Of a stretch of 64,000 nucleotides of DNA, positions 58,756 to 64,000 are shown piece after piece. Origin of the DNA: Eledone cirrhosa (Eukaryota); assembly GCA_964016885.1 (NCBI GenBank), contig OZ024740.1, positions 348,130,001-348,194,000 of the forward strand, in the 5' to 3' direction. Numbering within the stretch: position 1 is the first letter of the stretch; each line of letters starts with the position of its first letter. Both the position numbers and the translations under genes were made by a program. Under the pieces are notes generated by a model. That model ran no database searches and was not told the DNA's origin. It saw only the letters and a program-made list of their open reading frames with translations.

Positions 58756-58949
58756 AACAAAAAGTGTACGTCAAAAGGTTAAAATTAACTTCGTTTATTC
58801 ATATTCGTAGTTATATATATATATTTGGGTAATAACCATTATTTAACGGAGCTATGACCTCATCAAACAGCTAGATCTTGAATAGAAAACACAGAAAAAC
58901 ATAATGGTGTAACAAAGTTTACGTCTGTTGTTTCAATATATCTATCTTC

Positions 58950-59793
58950 GGTGAAACTCTAGGCATAGAGAAGATGAACTGGCCAGTCTGTTCGGTAGGA
59001 CCTTCCGCCCGGGACCGATGGACAACTTCCAAAAGTCCCTGGCCTGGCAGTGCTACCGAGGAGCTCTACCAGTTCGAGACAAGCTCTACAGACATGGGCG
59101 TGCGGGCAGGGACCCTGCAAAAAAGATCTGTTCGAGGTGCGTGCGAGACGAAGAAACCGTCGCGCACGCATTCATACACTGCCCGGGCGTCACTGACCTG
59201 TGGGGCTATGTAGAACGACTATTGTCGCGGGTGGGACCAATCCAGTTGACCACCGAGTCCATTGTCATGATCAAACCGCCACCCTCCTTCAAAAACGAAG
59301 GAGAGGCGGTTTTCCTTTGTGTGATAGCTATGGCGAAAGAGGTTGTATGGTGGACAAGGTTGAAAGGGCTGAGGTCAGACACCTTTCTCTCCGGCCAACA
59401 ACTGATTCTTTTTTTCAAATACCACTTTGGAAGAAGAATCAGGATGGAGAGAGAGGTGCTGTACCCCAGCAAGTTTTATGAAATGTGGGTGAAAGTGGCG
59501 AGAATGGCCCGAGTGAATGGGCCTTCTCTCTATATCAGCCTGTAGGTTGAGGAAAAGGAGGAGGAGAGGAAAGGAGTACAAGCTCTTCGTACTCCTGGAG
59601 ATGAGGGTTGCACATTTTTTTTCGGGGGTATGTGTTACCCATATAAACTGTCTCCCTCTATTGGGGAAAATCGACTAACTTTTTAAATTCCATTTGTGAT
59701 AACATTTTACACGTTTTTATTGTATGTAAACTTCCCCCTTTGTATTTGTCCCCTTCTTTTGTGCCCCTGTGGCTAATAAAGAAATATATCTAT
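58950..59793 (+). mobile_element. 5'-truncated L1/Tx1 copy (ORF2 C-terminus + 3' UTR)
   Basis: MDNFQKSLAWQCYRGALPVRD...CSRC...H...C, homologous to 46495-47305. Same 3' end ...GTGGC.AATAAAGAAATATATCTAT. Confidence 0.9.
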
Positions 59794-60832
59794 TATATAA
59801 CATATATAAAGAGGGAGAGAGGAAGATTAACAGCAGTTAACACAATATTAACACACACCCATAACTCAATACGGATGAAAGCTATTACTTTATAAATATA
59901 TATATTAATCTCTATATCCATTGAAACATTGATTAAGGAAGATGTACGTTACATGATCTTTCCTATACAGTAATGTCCAAGTATTGAAGAAATTGCACAT
60001 CGTTCGTTTTGTAGCCGTTTGGATAACCGTTGTGGCGAGATTTTAACATCCACACATATTGATTAGTATACAAGAACCTATATCCTTATCAGAGACAGAA
60101 CGCAGCATCTAAAGACATCACGAGCTTTCAGATCTTCGTTTTGCAAGTTAGACATACGCGGATGCTACATCATCTAGAAACCCTTTTATTTAAAAATGAT
60201 ATTATTTTCAAAGATCCACAAACTTGACATGGTTGGTTCTAATATTACCGTTATCATTATTTATTGATTCATTAATATGCCATAGATTCGCATTACATGT
60301 TACTTCTCATTTCTGAATATTTTCATTGCAATAATAATATCACTTGATATTAAAACTGCCGACAGAGATTTAGTGCTGTTTAGATATCGCATTACTATTT
60401 TCGATACAAACATAGAAACACTTACATTTTTATCTGGCTGACACATCTTATAAAGCATATACAAATGCATGCCTATGAGAAATTTTCTTTCCGACATAAA
60501 AGAAATTATATTCTGTCACACACACACGCACATGCACAGCACACACGAATGTATATATAATTATACATATATATTTGAAATGTAGTTATCCAAAAGTAAA
60601 TGACTCGAAGATAATATAAACATTATGGATAAAAGTTGAGAATACAGGGTAAAGAACTTTGTCACCTCTGTCACTTTTTCTGTCTCCGTTGGTATTTTAC
60701 CCGATTTCCTAAACTATTACTTAGGTGATCAACTCTTCTTAAATAATCATTTGCGTTGTAACGTCTAACTTTCGACATTCAAATTTTCCTAATGCTTCTT
60801 AAACCGACAGAATATATGTATGTATGTATATG

Positions 60833-60906
<74 letters not shown>

Positions 60907-63900
60907 GGTAGTTAGATAGAAATAGAGGGCGAAAGAGAGGGAGAGGGCGAGAGAAAGACATATTGATATGTACATATAATTGTTGCAGTGTGCATTAGAT
61001 AGATCGTTATCACACATAATCACAGCAACAGGAGACTTGAACCATTTCAAATATTCAAGTGTTGAATGATTTAAAACTCGAATGTTTCAATGTTTACAAA
61101 CTGAACTGAAGCTACATAACACCGCTTCCAACCTTCAGTGTAAGATCAATGTGTTACAGGTTGTTATTTTATCGATCCATAATATATGCTATATCATTTA
61201 AACTCTAGAACGATCCCAAAATGTACAAATGTTATCTTGTTAATAGCTGTAAGCCGTCCACTGCAATACATTTACATTGATTTATCTGATTAGTGTGGTT
61301 GATAATATAACTGCCAGTCAAGTACCTACTCTCTTCTTCCTCTATAATGTGTAGGATTGTGTCAATATGAAAAGTACATTTTTCTTTCGGGAATTCAGAT
61401 CTGTACATTGGCAAAATTGTAATAGGCCTGGACGAAATCATTTGCACTATTTAGTGACGTCTCCTTTCATGGTAAATGTGAATCTCGCTGCGGTAGACAA
61501 AATTAAGTACAAGTCTAATACTGGGATAGGCAATCGACATTACTCTACTCCGTATTTTGTGGCCGTATGTCTCTTTTTGAAATATCTCTCTAATGGGGAG
61601 AGTCCCAAATCAAACTTTCGCACTATTTCCATACGGAATAGTATGTATCATAAACAATCTCACTCTCACATATTGCATATCTGAGTATCTTCCATATTTT
61701 GATAGATCATTGATAATGACTAAAGGCTTCATGGTAGGAATCAACTATTAAAGTTAGGTAGAAGTTATATAAAGAAGATATGGTAGAGATGTAGCTGAAT
61801 GAAATTGCCTGAACTATTTTCAGTACAGTAGCAATGTTGTACAAGCAAACCACATGTTAGAATTATTTACACAAAAAATTAATCTCTTCTATCTCCTGTG
61901 CTATGATATGTAACACTACTTATATTGGCAATTGTAGCTAATTCACTACACAAGAGACGCTAATATCTTCGAGGAAATGTGTGAGCGTCACAAAGTTAAT
62001 GTCTAAGTAACATACAAGACTATTGATTATCTGCAACAAATTAAGAAAATATGGGTGTGATTTCCCCCAAACGAGTATATAATCGAGTTAATCCAGAGAA
62101 CATCAGAGATAAGAAATGAAGTCGACTCGAACGATACTTGAAAGATTTTGTATTGTTATTTATCTGTTCAGAATTACATTACCTATTGTGTCTTGCATTA
62201 CTGTATGATATTAGGGTGCGGATTTAGGGATGTTCGGCTTCTGAGTCTAGTAGGTCGAACGGTCATCTACGTAAAGTAGAATACCTGAAAGTAAGGCCTA
62301 TTTGAGTAAACTAAATACGATATGTATTCGACCCACACACCCACATTAACTACATAGCTTCTTGAAAGCAAAATTATTAAATGTATATTTGTGATGTCCT
62401 GCCAATAAGCACTTTGTCTCTGTGTTAGTAAAACGCTTCATGAAGAAAAACATCTCATTGTTTTGTCTACATCACCTCTAACTTAACGCAGCATTTTGGT
62501 ACAAGCTGACTTGTATAGAATGTATCTGTTTCATCACCTTCAAACACTAGAATCCAGAGTTTTCTCTTATCATTGACAAACTTTTCAATGTCTTCTCTGT
62601 CACTTTCCCCCTCTGTTTCTCTCTCTCTCCATCTCTCTCTCGCGTTTTTGACAGGAATATGTCACGATAATTGGAAATGGAATCTTGCTATTGTATGTGC
62701 CTCACTAAAAAAGTCTGATCTAACAGACGCTGGAAACTATTTACTGTTCTTACATATAATATCTCCAATATTCATCTTCACCGATATATAGAATCTCCGT
62801 TCCTACTCAGTGATTCAATAATGGATCCCGTAGAGCCAGATCTACTGGACACCAGTGCATCGGGAAAGTCGGTTTGATTGTACCAGATATGAAAAGCACC
62901 TATCTAAATCTCCGCAATCGTTTTCATTAGGTCTCACACTTACATCTCTGTATTGCATTTTTCATCCCATCTTGTCTGTATTTTGGTGCATTCTAAAGTT
63001 CGGCAATGTTTCTCACATTATATTCTCTGTATATTAACGAATTACTTTCTTCTTATTTCTAACAAAATATGATCCTATGTAAATTATGCCACACTTATCT
63101 TTCGCAATCGGCATGACTTCTAATCACCTTACACCGACCCTATTCTAATTTCATGGGGGAAAAAAAAATCTATAAAACCTTTTTGAATAAATATATGTCA
63201 ATAGCACAACGAACTTTGCAAGGCACGGTCTTCACCCCCCCCCCCAACAGTTTTTAAGTGTCACATAGAATTGAAAGATCCAAGGTGACTATATATCTTA
63301 GAACGTTACTATCTCTAATTTTACATGGCCACCAAACATACACGCTATGCCAAATCTGGATTAAAATGAATAGGATTCTGCGTTAGTGTACAGTATACTT
63401 CAGTACTGATGAATCGCGGATCCTTAACGTATCTCAATATATACCAAAACTTGAATACTGCTCACGTACCGATGTTACTGCTGCTGTCCTTACACTCAAG
63501 CATACTAAACATGATTTGTTATATTAGAAAAGATCCATTCACCACCACATAAATATCTCGTAGAAGTGAGGTTTCTCTTTTCAGGATCCTCTATCATTAA
63601 TATTATCGACTCTAGGCTTCTGAATTAGTTAACAACCCTCAATACAAATACACATTCCACGCACACATCACAAATTTCCTCCGATACCATCCCAGAATTA
63701 TAGCCTTGTGGAGCCCTCCGTCTTACGTTTCACCTGCAGAACGGAGTTGCATATGTTGAAGTTGAACATCAACTACATCGACATTTTCCGTTTCAGAAGG
63801 TTTGGGGACTGACGAACTTCATCCGATTATCTTTTAGAAATATTCTGGTGTATGCAAATATCTATTCACAAAATTGCTCGTATAATTAAGTCATTCAGGA

Positions 63901-64000
63901 TTCTGTAACTTTAGAGTTGATCTATTTTATTGTTTTTGATAAAGCTATATACCTTTCTATGGTGTATAATACTGATGAGTTACTGTTGTGATTTTGATGA

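Noticed and set aside
62100-62340. Possible old SINE-like relic
   Set aside because: Too degenerate to define boxes or boundaries from this window alone.
62600-62700. Possible host exon after a polypyrimidine tract and CAG
   Set aside because: The tract is a CT microsatellite, the peptide is unrecognisable and no partner exons were found; RNA-seq would be needed.

Overview
Repeat-only eukaryotic window, most likely from an octopus or other cephalopod (inferred from the (TA)n load and the SINE type). No host gene could be supported, and most long ORFs in the track are translations of microsatellites. About 23 kb is degenerate (TA)n that hosts young retroelements. These include a near-intact Penelope-like element (PLE; RT + C-terminal GIY-YIG, Hydra-clade-like) built as inverted arm + pseudo-LTR + full unit, with two type I hammerhead ribozyme (HHR) motifs per terminal repeat. 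A second PLE lineage is present as two near-identical 1.16-kb inverted-repeat-bracketed endonuclease fragments plus an older 2-kb relative, each with a minimal HHR. Also present: a CR1-group LINE and its 3' fragment, a decayed L1/Tx1 LINE and a truncated copy, RTE relics, a non-autonomous Helitron with a nested MITE, and tRNA-derived SINEs. The main signals are RNA-level. One inverted arm starts at a predicted hammerhead cleavage site. A 602-bp bipartite RTE derivative begins at G1 of an atypical HDV-like fold. The PLE carries paired GUA/GUG hammerheads. Several short palindromes look like PLE insertion scars. All folds were done by eye and are untested.
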